DNA from: an uncultured Gammaproteobacteria bacterium
Lineage (GTDB): Bacteria; Patescibacteriota; Microgenomatia; Curtissbacterales; GWA2-41-24
DNA length: 64,000 nt
Assembly: GCA_964492425.1 (NCBI GenBank)
Contig: CAZBKB010000005.1
Span: forward strand, 12,468-76,467
Reading direction: 5' to 3'
Within the stretch, counting starts at the first letter, position 1, and every line of letters starts with the position of its first letter. The position numbers and the translations under genes are program-made. A model generated the notes under the pieces. That model did not search any database and was not told the origin of the DNA. It worked only from the letters and a program-made list of their open reading frames with translations. Positions 1 to 11,441 of this stretch are shown here, one piece after another.

Positions 1-18
1 ATAAGTGCTATCGCCCCC

Positions 19-771
19 TTGTTAATTGTCGCTGCTTTTGCTCTTATTCCAGTGGCGTATAAACAATCACTCTTTTCTATTCCAGAAATCGGAACCCCAG
101 ATTTGTCCTTGTTATTTACAAACCAGTTTGCTGGATATCTCGTTTCTACTCTAAAGCAATACTATAACCAGACTCTGCCTTGGTATTGGGGTGTATATAA
201 ATGGTTGTCATTGACCGTTCCTCACGTTTACTACAAGATAATTAACAGGGCAATCGTATTAGCACTCGTTGGTTTAATTGTCTGGATTGTAATAACAATC
301 AAAAACAAAAAAATAAATAAACAAGATTTAATGATAATTACTTTTATCGCCAGTATATTCATTTACATTTCAACTTTTATAATTTGGGATTTTTACTTTC
401 AAAGAATTTATAGTTATTCGTTCGGTATTCAGGGCAGATATTTTCTACCTCTTATTTTGCCCATTACAACAGTTTTATTTTTTGGCTTAAAAAACTTGTT
501 CCAGTTATTCATTAAAAGATATCTATATGTTGTTTACTTTATATTAATGTTTGCCATGGTCTTATTTAATGACGTTTCCCTAGCTCATGTTTCATCAACA
601 TATTACGATGGCGAGAATGCAGAAGTGCTTATAAGCCAAATAAGCCAATATAAACCTTTTATTTTTAAAGGTTATATAATACCAATCATTATTTCGCTTA
701 CAATTTTGTCGCAATTAATATATTTATATAAACTTTCAATTTACTTTAAAAAAAATAATGAAAGCTATTGA
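19..771 (+). CDS. Polytopic membrane protein, probable GT-C glycosyltransferase (5' part likely outside window)
   Basis: Multiple hydrophobic segments, 'QGRYFLP' motif typical of GT-C C-terminal halves, glycan-cluster context. Confidence 0.55.
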   Translation: MLIVAAFALIPVAYKQSLFSIPEIGTPDLSLLFTNQFAGYLVSTLKQYYNQTLPWYWGVYKWLSLTVPHVYYKIINRAIVLALVGLIVWIVITIKNKKINKQDLMIITFIASIFIYISTFIIWDFYFQRIYSYSFGIQGRYFLPLILPITTVLFFGLKNLFQLFIKRYLYVVYFILMFAMVLFNDVSLAHVSSTYYDGENAEVLISQISQYKPFIFKGYIIPIIISLTILSQLIYLYKLSIYFKKNNESY

Positions 772-1312
772 AGAAATAGGACAAAAAAAATTAGGTAGGT
801 TCATCCTTTATTCAATATTAGTGGTAATTTACCACGGAATCATAAATCATTTTCTTTATTTCTCTCCATTCAGAAAATATTTTTTAATCATTCTAGGTGC
901 TCAAATTGGGACAGATTCAATTATTATGGATGTAAGATTTATTAATTGGCACCAAAAAGGTCCTCGTGGACTAACAATTAAGAGCAAATGCTTCGTTAGC
1001 GACGGGGTTATGATAGACCTCTACGATTCAGTAAAACTTGGAAATAACGTGACTCTTGCTCAACGCGTACTGATACTAACGCATACAAATGTTGGTTATA
1101 AAGATCATCCTTTGCAGAGATATTTCCCTAAAAATTCAAAACCTGTTATTTTTAAAGACGGATCATTTATAGGTGCCAATTCGACAATATTACCGGGCGT
1201 GACAATAGGGAAAAACTCATTTGTAGCCGCCGGAAGTGTAGTAATAAAAAATGTACAATCAAACACCTTAGTAGCTGGAGTGCCAGCAGTTAAAGTAAGA
1301 AGAATTTCATGA
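758..1312 (+). CDS. Hexapeptide-repeat (LbetaH) sugar O-acyltransferase
   Basis: IGANSTILPGVTIGKNSFVAAGSVV...VAGVPA motif. Confidence 0.85.
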   Translation: MKAIEEIGQKKLGRFILYSILVVIYHGIINHFLYFSPFRKYFLIILGAQIGTDSIIMDVRFINWHQKGPRGLTIKSKCFVSDGVMIDLYDSVKLGNNVTLAQRVLILTHTNVGYKDHPLQRYFPKNSKPVIFKDGSFIGANSTILPGVTIGKNSFVAAGSVVIKNVQSNTLVAGVPAVKVRRIS

Positions 1313-2463
1313 GACAAAGTTTTATCTCCTCTAGAATTTTGTTTATCTACATAACATTCTTAATAATATATTCATCATTACAATTCATACTAATTTTACG
1401 ACACAAAACATCATACTTATCAGACAGTCTTTTTTATAAACATCTATACCATCAGTTTCAGGGTGATAATTTTAATGATGCCTATCAAAAAGTTATTCAC
1501 AAGCTAGATATATCTAGAGCTACACAAATTGATTGGAATATCTTTTACAACGAAAACCAATACAGGGATACACTACAATATTTTTCTAAGAGGCCATTAT
1601 ATCCATTTTTTGCATATCTAATAAATTCTGTGTTTAACAATGAACTTTTAGCGTTTACCATACCTATATTTGTTGCTTATATTGGTCTCATAATTACAAT
1701 ATTCATACTTTTTAAACAAGGATTAAATTACTTTTTTGCTTCGTTTGGCACATTTCTTTTTGTAAGTTTTTATCCCTTTTTAGATTTATCTACCTATTTT
1801 TTAACTGATACAATCGGTGCTTTTTTTTGGATGCTTCAAGTTGGATTTCTTTTTAAATTCATACAGAAAGGAAGTAGAAAATGGATTGTTTTATTCACTA
1901 TAATGCTTGCAATTTCACTTACAAATAGAGAGCAAAGTATTCTACTTCTTCCGATGCAAATTGCTTTATCAATTATTTTTTACAAACTAAAAATGAATCA
2001 CTTCTTGCATGCGAGTGTAAAAATTACCATGATCAGTGCAGTAATAGTCTTTTGTTATCTTTTAATATCTATTCTTCAAGGGAACAAAACGTTATGGGAT
2101 ACTATACACTATACAATGAACAATTATGGTTATTTTGATAACACCTATAGCGTTACTGAGACGTTATCTTACTTATTTAAACAAGTATACCTTCTGCATA
2201 CTGTTTTTGTCAGAGATTTAATATCACACCATATTTGGTCTCTTATTTCGACTTTTTCAATAGTAGGGACAGTGATTGCGTTAAAAAAAATAACCTTAAT
2301 AAACACAACTTTCATATTATCGGGATTAGCGTCATATTCTTTTGTCTTTTTATTCCCGGAATTAAGTTATCGATATTATTTCCCTGTAATAATTTCCATA
2401 TGTTACTTTTGCTCCTATTTTTTATCTCATCTGGTAAATCTTTCTACGAAAGGAAGGGATTAG
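1309..2463 (+). CDS. Polytopic membrane protein, probable GT-C glycosyltransferase
   Basis: Many TM segments; RPLYP, LTD, RE and RYYFP motifs. Confidence 0.55.
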   Translation: MRQSFISSRILFIYITFLIIYSSLQFILILRHKTSYLSDSLFYKHLYHQFQGDNFNDAYQKVIHKLDISRATQIDWNIFYNENQYRDTLQYFSKRPLYPFFAYLINSVFNNELLAFTIPIFVAYIGLIITIFILFKQGLNYFFASFGTFLFVSFYPFLDLSTYFLTDTIGAFFWMLQVGFLFKFIQKGSRKWIVLFTIMLAISLTNREQSILLLPMQIALSIIFYKLKMNHFLHASVKITMISAVIVFCYLLISILQGNKTLWDTIHYTMNNYGYFDNTYSVTETLSYLFKQVYLLHTVFVRDLISHHIWSLISTFSIVGTVIALKKITLINTTFILSGLASYSFVFLFPELSYRYYFPVIISICYFCSYFLSHLVNLSTKGRD

Positions 2464-3027
2464 ATGTCGCTTACTTACATTCGAAACAAACTACGAAGCA
2501 TCTCATTACCACTCCAGCTAATAGACGAAAGTCTCCCCAGAAGAGGGACCATAGTAGATCTGGGTTGTGGGGAGGGAGTAATCGCCCATTATCTTGCCCA
2601 GAATCGTATGAGAAAAATTATTGGAATAGACAAAAACGTAAAGAGACTTCCAAAATATAGTACAAGTAACCTTCAATTTAGACTTGACGATATTAGCAAT
2701 TTAGATATTAAGAATATACATGGCGCCATCATATCAGATGTTTTACACCATATAAATTTTAGGAAACAACCTTCAATCATAGAAAATATATTCAATCACA
2801 TGAAAGTTGATGGCATTTTAATTATAAAAGAAATTGACAAAGAGGAAGCTATAAGAAGCATCTTATCTCGTCTATGGGATCTTATTTTATATCCTAAAGA
2901 AAAAATCTATTTCTCCAAATCCTCGGATTTAATGATCCAGATAAAAAAGGCAGGTTTTCGCGTCACCATAAAAAGACCATGCAGATTATTCCCAGGCTCA
3001 ACCACTTTGTATATTTGTAAAAAGTGA
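2464..3027 (+). CDS. Class I SAM-dependent methyltransferase
   Basis: VDLGCGEG motif I and DVLHHI. Confidence 0.85.
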   Translation: MSLTYIRNKLRSISLPLQLIDESLPRRGTIVDLGCGEGVIAHYLAQNRMRKIIGIDKNVKRLPKYSTSNLQFRLDDISNLDIKNIHGAIISDVLHHINFRKQPSIIENIFNHMKVDGILIIKEIDKEEAIRSILSRLWDLILYPKEKIYFSKSSDLMIQIKKAGFRVTIKRPCRLFPGSTTLYICKK

Positions 3028-4562
3028 GTATCTTTATAAAAAAATTCTGGTTTGTAATTATTATTGCCATAATCTCAGTTACTTTAAGACTATTTAAACT
3101 AAATGATCTTTTCTATTTTTCCTACGATGAAGCGATTCCGGCCTTTGTCGGAAAGAATCTTTATCTGTTGCACAAATTACCGTTAATTGGGGGAGTAACA
3201 CCATTTGGTTTTCACTTGCCGCCCTACTTTTATTGGCTCCTTTCCATATTGTTATCTCTGGGTAAGCTCCACCCCATTGCATGGGGAATTGCATCAGCAT
3301 TTCTGTCAAGCATCACAATAATTTTAATCTACATAGTTGGGAAAGATTTTTTTAACAAAAGGGTAGGACTTTACGCTGCCGTACTTTGGAGTTTTTCTTA
3401 TATTGCAAATCTATACGACCGACACTTTTGGGCACTATATTGGGGACCTATTCTTACGCTGTCAACACTATTTTGTCTTAAAAAAATCATAAATGGAAAC
3501 AGCAAATTTGTTATTCCTCTTTCTATAGCTTTTGTCTGGGCTATTGCAACCGATCCTTCTAATCTTGTCCTCATATTTTTGGCAATCACCGTGTATGTAT
3601 TATATAGGGTCAAATTTAAAAAAACGGAATTGCTGGGGATATTAATTATTATCTTTTCACTTTTGCCGCTTATGTTCTTCGACCTTCGTCACAACTTTGC
3701 CAACACAAAACCCCTACTGCAATACCTAAAAGCACAAAAGACGGAATCCAGATTCGAAAATCAGGATATGTTGGACCGAACAGCGATTTTTGCCAATTCT
3801 TATACCAGATTAATTTATCCGTTCTCAGATAATGAAGTCGCAAAACAATATTCATATTGCACGTCATTTATAAACGAAAAATATCAAAATATTCCAATAG
3901 CCGTTAGTCTGTTCTCGCTTTTGGCACTCACGATTTTTATGCTCACCACGTTTAAAAATAAAAATGGAAATAAAAAAGTAATCATTTCTCTGCTCATAAT
4001 GATTTACTTTTTGGGCATACAAGCATACGGGGTTATGTTCAACGGTGACATTTTCGAACACTATATAACAGGGCTATTCCCTATATTTTTACTTATTGCC
4101 GCCTACTTCCTAAGCTATCTCCCTAAAAAGCTGGCATATGTCATTTTGGCTATTTTCATTACTGCCAACCTATATAAACTGTCTATTGCCCAAAATTCGC
4201 ACGGCTTGCTGTATAAGAAGCAAGCAATAAAATTTGCCATGACGCAAGTAGGAGATAAAGATTTTTCACTTGAGTCGCTTTCCACATGCTGGAAATATTC
4301 TGGTTATCGTTACCTGTTTGCAGTATACGGCCGCGAACCCGTAAAAAGTTATGTCGATCCCAATTTTGGGCACCTATATGGCAGGACTCCAATTTCACCA
4401 ACACATCCGGAAACTGTTATAGCCTTCGTGACGCACGATTTTAAACAAGAAAACCGGGAGTTTTACGAAAAGTACGCCCTATATAAATCCCACTCAGTAA
4501 CAGACGCTATATTTGGAAACATTGAAGTACTAATTATGGACAATAATTCCGGATGGTTTTAA
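3024..4562 (+). CDS. ArnT/PMT-like (GT39/GT83) membrane glycosyltransferase
   Basis: LRL...YDE after TM1, PPYFYW, many TM helices. Confidence 0.75.
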   Translation: MSIFIKKFWFVIIIAIISVTLRLFKLNDLFYFSYDEAIPAFVGKNLYLLHKLPLIGGVTPFGFHLPPYFYWLLSILLSLGKLHPIAWGIASAFLSSITIILIYIVGKDFFNKRVGLYAAVLWSFSYIANLYDRHFWALYWGPILTLSTLFCLKKIINGNSKFVIPLSIAFVWAIATDPSNLVLIFLAITVYVLYRVKFKKTELLGILIIIFSLLPLMFFDLRHNFANTKPLLQYLKAQKTESRFENQDMLDRTAIFANSYTRLIYPFSDNEVAKQYSYCTSFINEKYQNIPIAVSLFSLLALTIFMLTTFKNKNGNKKVIISLLIMIYFLGIQAYGVMFNGDIFEHYITGLFPIFLLIAAYFLSYLPKKLAYVILAIFITANLYKLSIAQNSHGLLYKKQAIKFAMTQVGDKDFSLESLSTCWKYSGYRYLFAVYGREPVKSYVDPNFGHLYGRTPISPTHPETVIAFVTHDFKQENREFYEKYALYKSHSVTDAIFGNIEVLIMDNNSGWF

Positions 4563-4596
4563 AGGCACATATTGTATACTCAACTAGCCACATCTA

Positions 4597-5835
4597 ATGC
4601 TTTCAACTTTAAAAGGATTATACTTTTCAGACACAGGAAAAGACACGATTATCGTTTTTGCAAGTTCAGCTATCAATGTTTTGGCAGCTGGCATCTTTTT
4701 TATGCTCTCAGTAAGGATTCTGGGTCCGGCAAACTATGGTTTATTTGCAACAGTTGTTGCAACAGGACTACTTGTAGTCAGGTTAACTAATATAGGAATA
4801 GACACCGGAATCTTACGTTTTGCAAGCAAGGGCTCTGCAAGCAATAACGCGGTTCTTTCGCTGGCTTTAAAATCTTACCTCATGCTTGGCGCTTTGGTAG
4901 CAGTTATTGGTTTTGTACTTTCGCCACATATAGCAATTTTTTTAAAACAGCCTCAGATTACGAATCTTCTTCGTATTTCCCTGGGAGCAACAGTTTTTTT
5001 TCATTTAACAAATTTGTTTGTCGCTGGTCTTCAAGCAAACCACCAGTTTGTAAAATCATATATACCACTTATCTCGAATAATTTAATAAGGATAGTTTTG
5101 ATATTATTAGGTGCCTATTTTTTCACCATTGGCCTACTCCAACTAACAATAATTTATTTTTCTGTAACTATAGCTTCCTCAGTAATAGGAAAATTGTTAT
5201 TCCCTATAAGGCTTCAAAAAACTGAGAAACAACTAGCCAGCGATTTTTTTAAATTTAATATCTGGATTGGCTTGGCACTTACAATAAGCGCGATTTCTTT
5301 TGATAATTACTTTTTGCTCAAATTAACTGGCCCTATCCAAACAGGTCTTTATGCAGCGCCGTTCAAAATTTTAAATTTTGTATACGAATTCGGCAGTAGC
5401 TTTACAAGGGTTCTAGCTTCTCGGTTCTCATCGTTTGACTCCAACCAAAAAGCGATTAAATTTTCCCAAAAAGCTTTCGCCTTTCCCATATTGCTTGCAT
5501 GCGGGATGGTTTTTTTGATAATACTAGCGAAGCCTGTAACTCAGTTAGTACTCGGAAGCGAATATCTTGAATCTGTCCAAATCTTAAGAATACTTTCCGT
5601 TGGCTTTATATTTTTCTTTCTTTCAACTGTTCCTAGTTCAATTATCCTTTATTATTTAGGCAAATCTTCTGTTTCTTTTTTTATAACATTGGTGAAATAT
5701 ACTCTATTTGCATTGCTGCTCTGGATGCTTGTGCCAACTCAAAAAGCTCAAGGTGCTGCAATATCTTTTACAATCGCGGAAATTGTATCACTGCTTCTTA
5801 TGTCAGCCTACTCGTTCTACAAAGTGCGAAAATGA
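4597..5835 (+). CDS. Wzx-like oligosaccharide flippase (MOP superfamily)
   Basis: LGPANYG and GLYAAP motifs, about 12 TM segments. Confidence 0.8.
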   Translation: MLSTLKGLYFSDTGKDTIIVFASSAINVLAAGIFFMLSVRILGPANYGLFATVVATGLLVVRLTNIGIDTGILRFASKGSASNNAVLSLALKSYLMLGALVAVIGFVLSPHIAIFLKQPQITNLLRISLGATVFFHLTNLFVAGLQANHQFVKSYIPLISNNLIRIVLILLGAYFFTIGLLQLTIIYFSVTIASSVIGKLLFPIRLQKTEKQLASDFFKFNIWIGLALTISAISFDNYFLLKLTGPIQTGLYAAPFKILNFVYEFGSSFTRVLASRFSSFDSNQKAIKFSQKAFAFPILLACGMVFLIILAKPVTQLVLGSEYLESVQILRILSVGFIFFFLSTVPSSIILYYLGKSSVSFFITLVKYTLFALLLWMLVPTQKAQGAAISFTIAEIVSLLLMSAYSFYKVRK

Positions 5836-7250
5836 AACTAGAAAAATTTTTAGATAAGCACACTGTAATTATCTTTGTTTTATTACTCCTAACTCACTTC
5901 ATTTTTCTAATTAATACAAAATTCACTCTATGGCCGGAGATGATGGTCTATCCCTATTTAACAAATAACGGGTTTGATCTTTATACAGATTTAATAAATC
6001 CTTACCCACCCTCTTTTATCTTTTTTTTGTCACAATTTTCTAAACTATTTAATTACTCGATAACAAGTTATCAATTATTAACATGGACAATAATAATATT
6101 TATAGATTTAATAATCTTCCTTCTGACTCAAAAAATTTTTAAAAAATATTATTTATCAATCACATCTTCAATTTTCTTCACATTTTTTTCAATTCCGTTT
6201 GGGATAAATCAATTATGGTTCGATCTTATTCAAACGCCTTTAATACTTTTCTCAGCATACAATTTTTATCTTTTTATAAAAGAAAAAAAACTTCAAAACC
6301 TAGATTTATCAGTACTTTTTGCGCTTGCAGCGTTTTTTATAAAGCAGCAAAGTATCTGGCTCATCATTTTTTACGTTTTTGTTGTTTGGATTATTTATAA
6401 ACGAAAAACATTACCATTGTTTTTAAAAATTAAAAAAACTTACGTATTTCTCGTTTTGGCAGTTATTGTACATTTGCTGCTATTTTTAAAATTTAAAACA
6501 CTTCCCGATTTCTTATTTTGGGTTATTTATTTTCCATTTTTTAAGGCATCGTCAATGCCCGGTTATCTTTCTCTTCCGACACTGAGGCAGCTTTTAACTA
6601 TATCTGGATTGGCTTTATTTTTTCTTCCTGTGGCAACAATCAAAAAAAGAGAATTTAAAATAATTCTTCTAAGTTCACTCCCACTCATGCTTTTTGCTTA
6701 CCCGAGATTTGATTACTTCCATGTTATTCCGGCCCTTGCAGTCCTATCGCTTCTTGTTGGAAAAAATATTCAGCTGGTTCTGAACTCATCACTAGTTGTA
6801 AAAATAGTTGTGACTACTGCAACAGTTATGTTATTAGTTTTTAACACACGTTTTTTAAGCAACAACTGGACCACGGAAATAAGATTTTTTGAAAATGATA
6901 TATTGGCAAGTGCCAGCATGATCTCCATATTCACCAGCGAACAAGATAAAATTTATATCCAAAACGGACCGGACCAGTTATTGCCGCTAGCACTTCGCCT
7001 ACCGCCCAAACCCTGGATAGACGAGTTTCCCTGGTATCTGGAAAATAACACTTACCAACAAAGGGTAACGTCAGCACTAAAAAATGAAAAAGTAAAATTC
7101 ATAGTTTATAAGGAATATTCATACGATGGGCAGTACGAACTTGGTTCATACATCCCACAAGAAATCGCCTCCTATGCCAATAACAACTACGAAAAGTATA
7201 TTCAGTTATCCGGTGGGCTCTGGCTAAATAAAAGAAAGTCCTTTAATTAA
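5832..7250 (+). CDS. GT-C-type membrane glycosyltransferase
   Basis: LYTDL..PYPP loop, KQ motif, many TM segments. Confidence 0.6.
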   Translation: MKLEKFLDKHTVIIFVLLLLTHFIFLINTKFTLWPEMMVYPYLTNNGFDLYTDLINPYPPSFIFFLSQFSKLFNYSITSYQLLTWTIIIFIDLIIFLLTQKIFKKYYLSITSSIFFTFFSIPFGINQLWFDLIQTPLILFSAYNFYLFIKEKKLQNLDLSVLFALAAFFIKQQSIWLIIFYVFVVWIIYKRKTLPLFLKIKKTYVFLVLAVIVHLLLFLKFKTLPDFLFWVIYFPFFKASSMPGYLSLPTLRQLLTISGLALFFLPVATIKKREFKIILLSSLPLMLFAYPRFDYFHVIPALAVLSLLVGKNIQLVLNSSLVVKIVVTTATVMLLVFNTRFLSNNWTTEIRFFENDILASASMISIFTSEQDKIYIQNGPDQLLPLALRLPPKPWIDEFPWYLENNTYQQRVTSALKNEKVKFIVYKEYSYDGQYELGSYIPQEIASYANNNYEKYIQLSGGLWLNKRKSFN

Positions 7251-7287
7251 ATCGGACCTTCTGATATATTCAAAAACAGCTGACATC

Positions 7288-8364
7288 ATGGCCAACATTG
7301 CGTTTATAAGTTTTTATTCTGGGGTTGTAGACAGGGGAGTTGAAACTTTCGTACACGAATTAGCAGATAGACTCTCAAAAAAACACAAAATAACAATTTT
7401 CCAGGCCGGTAGCACAATAAATAATCCTGCGGTAAGAACTTATCAAATAATTTCCAACGCAAAAATACCAAAATCCACTATCAACCCTTTGGCAAAAATA
7501 TATCTGGATCCGCAATCGTTAAAAATACTCTTATTCACGACGAAAGCAATACCAAAACTAATGAGAGGAAAATACGACTTGATAATTCCACTAAATGGTG
7601 GTTGGCAGGTTGCAATATGTAAACTGCTCTCGGCTTTTATGAATTTTAAAATTATGGTTACAGGACAGGCAGGAATTGGCAGTGACGATGCTTGGAATTT
7701 ATTTTTTCATCCCCACATTTTTATCGCGCTCACAAAGGCCCAGACCAGTTGGGCTAAAAAATTAACAAATGAAGTAAAAATATCTAATATCCCCAACGGT
7801 GTCGACCTTTCTAAATTTCATCCTAAAATTATGCCCAAAAAAATCAATCTTCCAAAGCCAATCATTGTATGCGCATCAGCATTGGTACCATACAAAAGAA
7901 TAGACCTGACAATAAAAGCCGCTGCAAAAGCCAACCTAAGCCTACTTTTGTTGGGTGATGGGCAAGACCATGGTTCTTTAGATACACTCGGCAAACGTCT
8001 CCTAAAAAATAGGTACTTGAGACTCGTGGTGCCTCATTCAGAAATCCCTCGCTACTTCAGGGCAGGCAATATCTTTAGCCTAGTATCAAAAACAGAAGCC
8101 TTTGGAATCTCGTATATAGAAGCTTTAGCATGTAACTTACCCGTGGTTTGTACCAACGATGAATCCCGGGCAGAAATTATCGGCGACGCAGGAATTTTAA
8201 CTTCGCCCCAGGACATCGACACTTATGCAAAAGATTTAAAAATTGCCGCAAATACCAATTATCGCAATAAACCTTACAACCAGTCGCTAAAATTCTCGTG
8301 GAATAAAATAGCTGAACTTTACGAAAGGGAAATTAGGGATTTGACTAGCGGTAAAAATATATGA
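7288..8364 (+). CDS. GT4 glycosyltransferase
   Basis: GVE N-terminal motif, IPNGVD, EAFGISYIEALAC. Confidence 0.9.
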   Translation: MANIAFISFYSGVVDRGVETFVHELADRLSKKHKITIFQAGSTINNPAVRTYQIISNAKIPKSTINPLAKIYLDPQSLKILLFTTKAIPKLMRGKYDLIIPLNGGWQVAICKLLSAFMNFKIMVTGQAGIGSDDAWNLFFHPHIFIALTKAQTSWAKKLTNEVKISNIPNGVDLSKFHPKIMPKKINLPKPIIVCASALVPYKRIDLTIKAAAKANLSLLLLGDGQDHGSLDTLGKRLLKNRYLRLVVPHSEIPRYFRAGNIFSLVSKTEAFGISYIEALACNLPVVCTNDESRAEIIGDAGILTSPQDIDTYAKDLKIAANTNYRNKPYNQSLKFSWNKIAELYEREIRDLTSGKNI

Positions 8365-9191
8365 CTGTTTCAGTAATAATACCTGTGTATAACGAAGAGA
8401 AGTTGATTGCACAGTGCCTGGCGTCCCTAGAAAAACAGTCGGTAAAAAATATAGAAATTATTGTTGTCGATGATGGCTCGACAGACTCATCAAAATCAAT
8501 TGCAAAAAAATTTGATATTACAATACTAAAACAGCACCACAAGGGTCCTGGAAATGCCAGAAACCTTGGAGCAAAAAATGCCAAAGGGGAAATACTCGTT
8601 TTTGTCGATGCCGATATGACTTTTGACAAGCATTTTATTCGTGATTTAACCAAACCAATCTTCGAAAAAACAGCAATTGGTACCTTTTCAAAAAACGAGA
8701 TGGTGGCAAATAAAAACAACAGGTGGTCGGTTTGTTGGAATATAAATAGAAATGTGCCAAAGGATAGGATGCTCTCAGAAAGTTACCCAAATGAAGCGCC
8801 GGTTTACAGGGCCATTCTAAAAAGTGAATTCGATAAAGTTAACGGTTTTGAAACTTCTGGCGCTTATACAGACGATTGGTCGTTATCGGAAAAACTGGGT
8901 CAAAAATCCACAATTGCTCCAGGCGCCATTTACTACCACTCTAATCCGTCAACGGCTCGCGAAGTATGGCTCCAGGCAAGGTGGATAGGAAAGAACAAAT
9001 TTTTAACTGGGAGCGCAATGCGAAAGGTAAAATCAATATTTATTTACAGTTTGCCAATGTCACTGCCCATTGCAATATATAAGGCAATACTCAGGCGTTA
9101 TCCACTTTTTATTTTTTTTAAACTTTTATATGACATGGCCATCACGTTCTCTGTAGCCGAATCATTTTTCACAAAGGTGAAATTTAGATGA
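8361..9191 (+). CDS. GT2 glycosyltransferase
   Basis: VSVIIPVYNEE, VDDGSTD, FVDAD. Confidence 0.92.
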   Translation: MTVSVIIPVYNEEKLIAQCLASLEKQSVKNIEIIVVDDGSTDSSKSIAKKFDITILKQHHKGPGNARNLGAKNAKGEILVFVDADMTFDKHFIRDLTKPIFEKTAIGTFSKNEMVANKNNRWSVCWNINRNVPKDRMLSESYPNEAPVYRAILKSEFDKVNGFETSGAYTDDWSLSEKLGQKSTIAPGAIYYHSNPSTAREVWLQARWIGKNKFLTGSAMRKVKSIFIYSLPMSLPIAIYKAILRRYPLFIFFKLLYDMAITFSVAESFFTKVKFR

Positions 9192-10633
9192 GTGCAAAAC
9201 TACTAATTTTAATAATATCAGCATCAATCCTATTAAGGCTTGTGGTAATTAATCAAAGCCTATGGCTCGATGAAGGGATAAGCGTAAGCGTAGCCAGCAA
9301 TTTAAGCTACAGTGCCATAATAACAGATTTTTCCCCAGGTGATTTTCACCCCCCATTGCATTATCTTATTCTTAAGCTTTTCATAGACATTCTTGGCCTG
9401 TCAGAATTATCAGCCAGGTTGCCTTCCATACTTTTTGGCTCATCTACTGTGCTGGTTGTATATTTATTGGCAAAAAAACTTTATGACACAAGGACTGCTT
9501 TAACAGCGGCGGCGCTCCTGGCAACATCTCCACTGCATATTTTCTACTCACAAGAGGCAAGGATGTATTCTCAGGCAACACTCTTCTCACTTACATCACT
9601 GTATTTTTTTGTTTCAATTCTTCAAAAGGACAAGTTTGCCAATTGGATTGGCTTCATAAGCTCCCTCGTGCTCGCGTTGTATACGGATTACATCCCAGGC
9701 TTCTTGCTCCCAGCGTACATGGCATATTTATTATTTTTTAGAAAAAAACTCAATAAAACCACGATTAAATCCTTCGTCCCCGCATTCATATTAATATTTG
9801 CCTCTTTGTTGCCCTGGGCAGGCATATTTTACAATCAGTTGAGCATTGGTCTTTCGCTTTCAACTACATCTCCACAGTGGTACGGCGTCATTGGATCTGC
9901 CACGCCCAAAGATTTAGGTTTGGTTTTTATTAAATTCATTATCGGACAGATTTCAGTTGATAATAACCTTACCTATTTGCTGCTTTTCCTGCCGATTGGC
10001 TTGTATGTCATCTTCTTAATCATCATTTCATTTTTACGTATGAGTGTAACCAGATCAACACTATGGTTTTATCTGCTTCTACCAGTGACCTTATCCTTTT
10101 CGGTTTCACTTTTTATACCAGCCTTTTCCTATTTTAGATTGCTATATGTTTTACCTGCTCTTTATGTCATATTGGCATCAGCCATCAATAATCTTCATTG
10201 GACAAAACCAACGATATTCATGCTGACGCTTATGCTCGCAGTCAACCTTTTTTCAACGACAATTTACCTTAGGAATACAAAATTTCAAAGAGAGGATTGG
10301 AGATCGGCAACATCCTATATCAAGGAAAATAAAACCGACAACTCACTTGTTCTTTTCGAATCCAACTATGTGATTAGTTCCTTCGATTACTACAATCGAA
10401 GCGAAGTGGAGGCGATAGGAGTTTTAGATAGTTTTAGCCCGAACCCGGACAAGGTGTCGGATAACGTTAAAACTGCTATCGCTGGAAAAAACAAATTATT
10501 CCTGTTCCAATACCTGTCACCGATTTCCGATCCGCAAGGTATCGTATTCCAATCCCTCATAGAGAATGGATTCAAAAACACAGGTACTAAAGATTTTAGA
10601 GGGGTTGGATTCGTTTATGAATTTACAAAATAA
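9188..10633 (+). CDS. PMT/ArnT-like (GT39) membrane glycosyltransferase
   Basis: SLWLDE, HPPLHY, SQEARMY motifs. Confidence 0.85.
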   Translation: MSAKLLILIISASILLRLVVINQSLWLDEGISVSVASNLSYSAIITDFSPGDFHPPLHYLILKLFIDILGLSELSARLPSILFGSSTVLVVYLLAKKLYDTRTALTAAALLATSPLHIFYSQEARMYSQATLFSLTSLYFFVSILQKDKFANWIGFISSLVLALYTDYIPGFLLPAYMAYLLFFRKKLNKTTIKSFVPAFILIFASLLPWAGIFYNQLSIGLSLSTTSPQWYGVIGSATPKDLGLVFIKFIIGQISVDNNLTYLLLFLPIGLYVIFLIIISFLRMSVTRSTLWFYLLLPVTLSFSVSLFIPAFSYFRLLYVLPALYVILASAINNLHWTKPTIFMLTLMLAVNLFSTTIYLRNTKFQREDWRSATSYIKENKTDNSLVLFESNYVISSFDYYNRSEVEAIGVLDSFSPNPDKVSDNVKTAIAGKNKLFLFQYLSPISDPQGIVFQSLIENGFKNTGTKDFRGVGFVYEFTK

Positions 10634-11441
10634 AAATAAAATTTACGATCTTTTTAAAAAACATTTTTGGCGGCAACACCCTGAGTCTGCACTTCGATAT
10701 GCACCTGTCATATCCGAGATAAAAAAGGTAAAAATTCCAAATCCAAAGATATTGGAAATTGGATCAGGATCACTGGGCATGACGCCATACTTTAAACAAA
10801 AGATCGATGCGATAGATGTGGATTTTTCAGGACCACCATCGCCATATATAAACAAAATAAAAGGTCAAGCATGGAACCTTCCGTTCAAAAAAAACTCTTA
10901 CGATATAACAATTTCTGTTGACGTTCTGGAACATATTCCTCCGCCTTTACGTGAAAAATCTATTTATGAAATAATTAAAGTAACCCGTAAATTAGCATTA
11001 ATTGTTGTCCCCACATCAACAGCATCTGAAGAACAAGACAGGGAACTTCAAAGGCGCTGGAATAATGTCTTCAAAATTAAAAATCAGTTTTTAGATGAGC
11101 ATGTAAAATATGGCCTACCGCAATCAGAAAAAATCCTGGTTTATATAGATAGGAGCAAAAGAGCGCTGAAAAAAGAATTAAAAGTTAAATCTTATCCCAA
11201 TCTAAACCTTGTCGTAAGAAATATTCTTATGAAAACATGGATAACTAAAAATAAATATATTTATTATTTGTATTTAAAAGGTTTTCTTCTTCTTGTCCCC
11301 ATCCTTAAATTTATTAACTTTGGAAAGACTTACAGAAGAGTCTTTGTGATAGAATTCGCGAGTCCAGCCAGAACGCAATTTGAGCCGTATACGACTAGTA
11401 TTGAAAAGGCGAAAATTAAGTTCAAGTGGGGTCGGCAGTGA
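10617..11441 (+). CDS. Class I SAM-dependent methyltransferase
   Basis: LEIGSGS, LPF...YD, DVLEHI; start taken at ATG 10617. Confidence 0.8.
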   Translation: MNLQNKNKIYDLFKKHFWRQHPESALRYAPVISEIKKVKIPNPKILEIGSGSLGMTPYFKQKIDAIDVDFSGPPSPYINKIKGQAWNLPFKKNSYDITISVDVLEHIPPPLREKSIYEIIKVTRKLALIVVPTSTASEEQDRELQRRWNNVFKIKNQFLDEHVKYGLPQSEKILVYIDRSKRALKKELKVKSYPNLNLVVRNILMKTWITKNKYIYYLYLKGFLLLVPILKFINFGKTYRRVFVIEFASPARTQFEPYTTSIEKAKIKFKWGRQ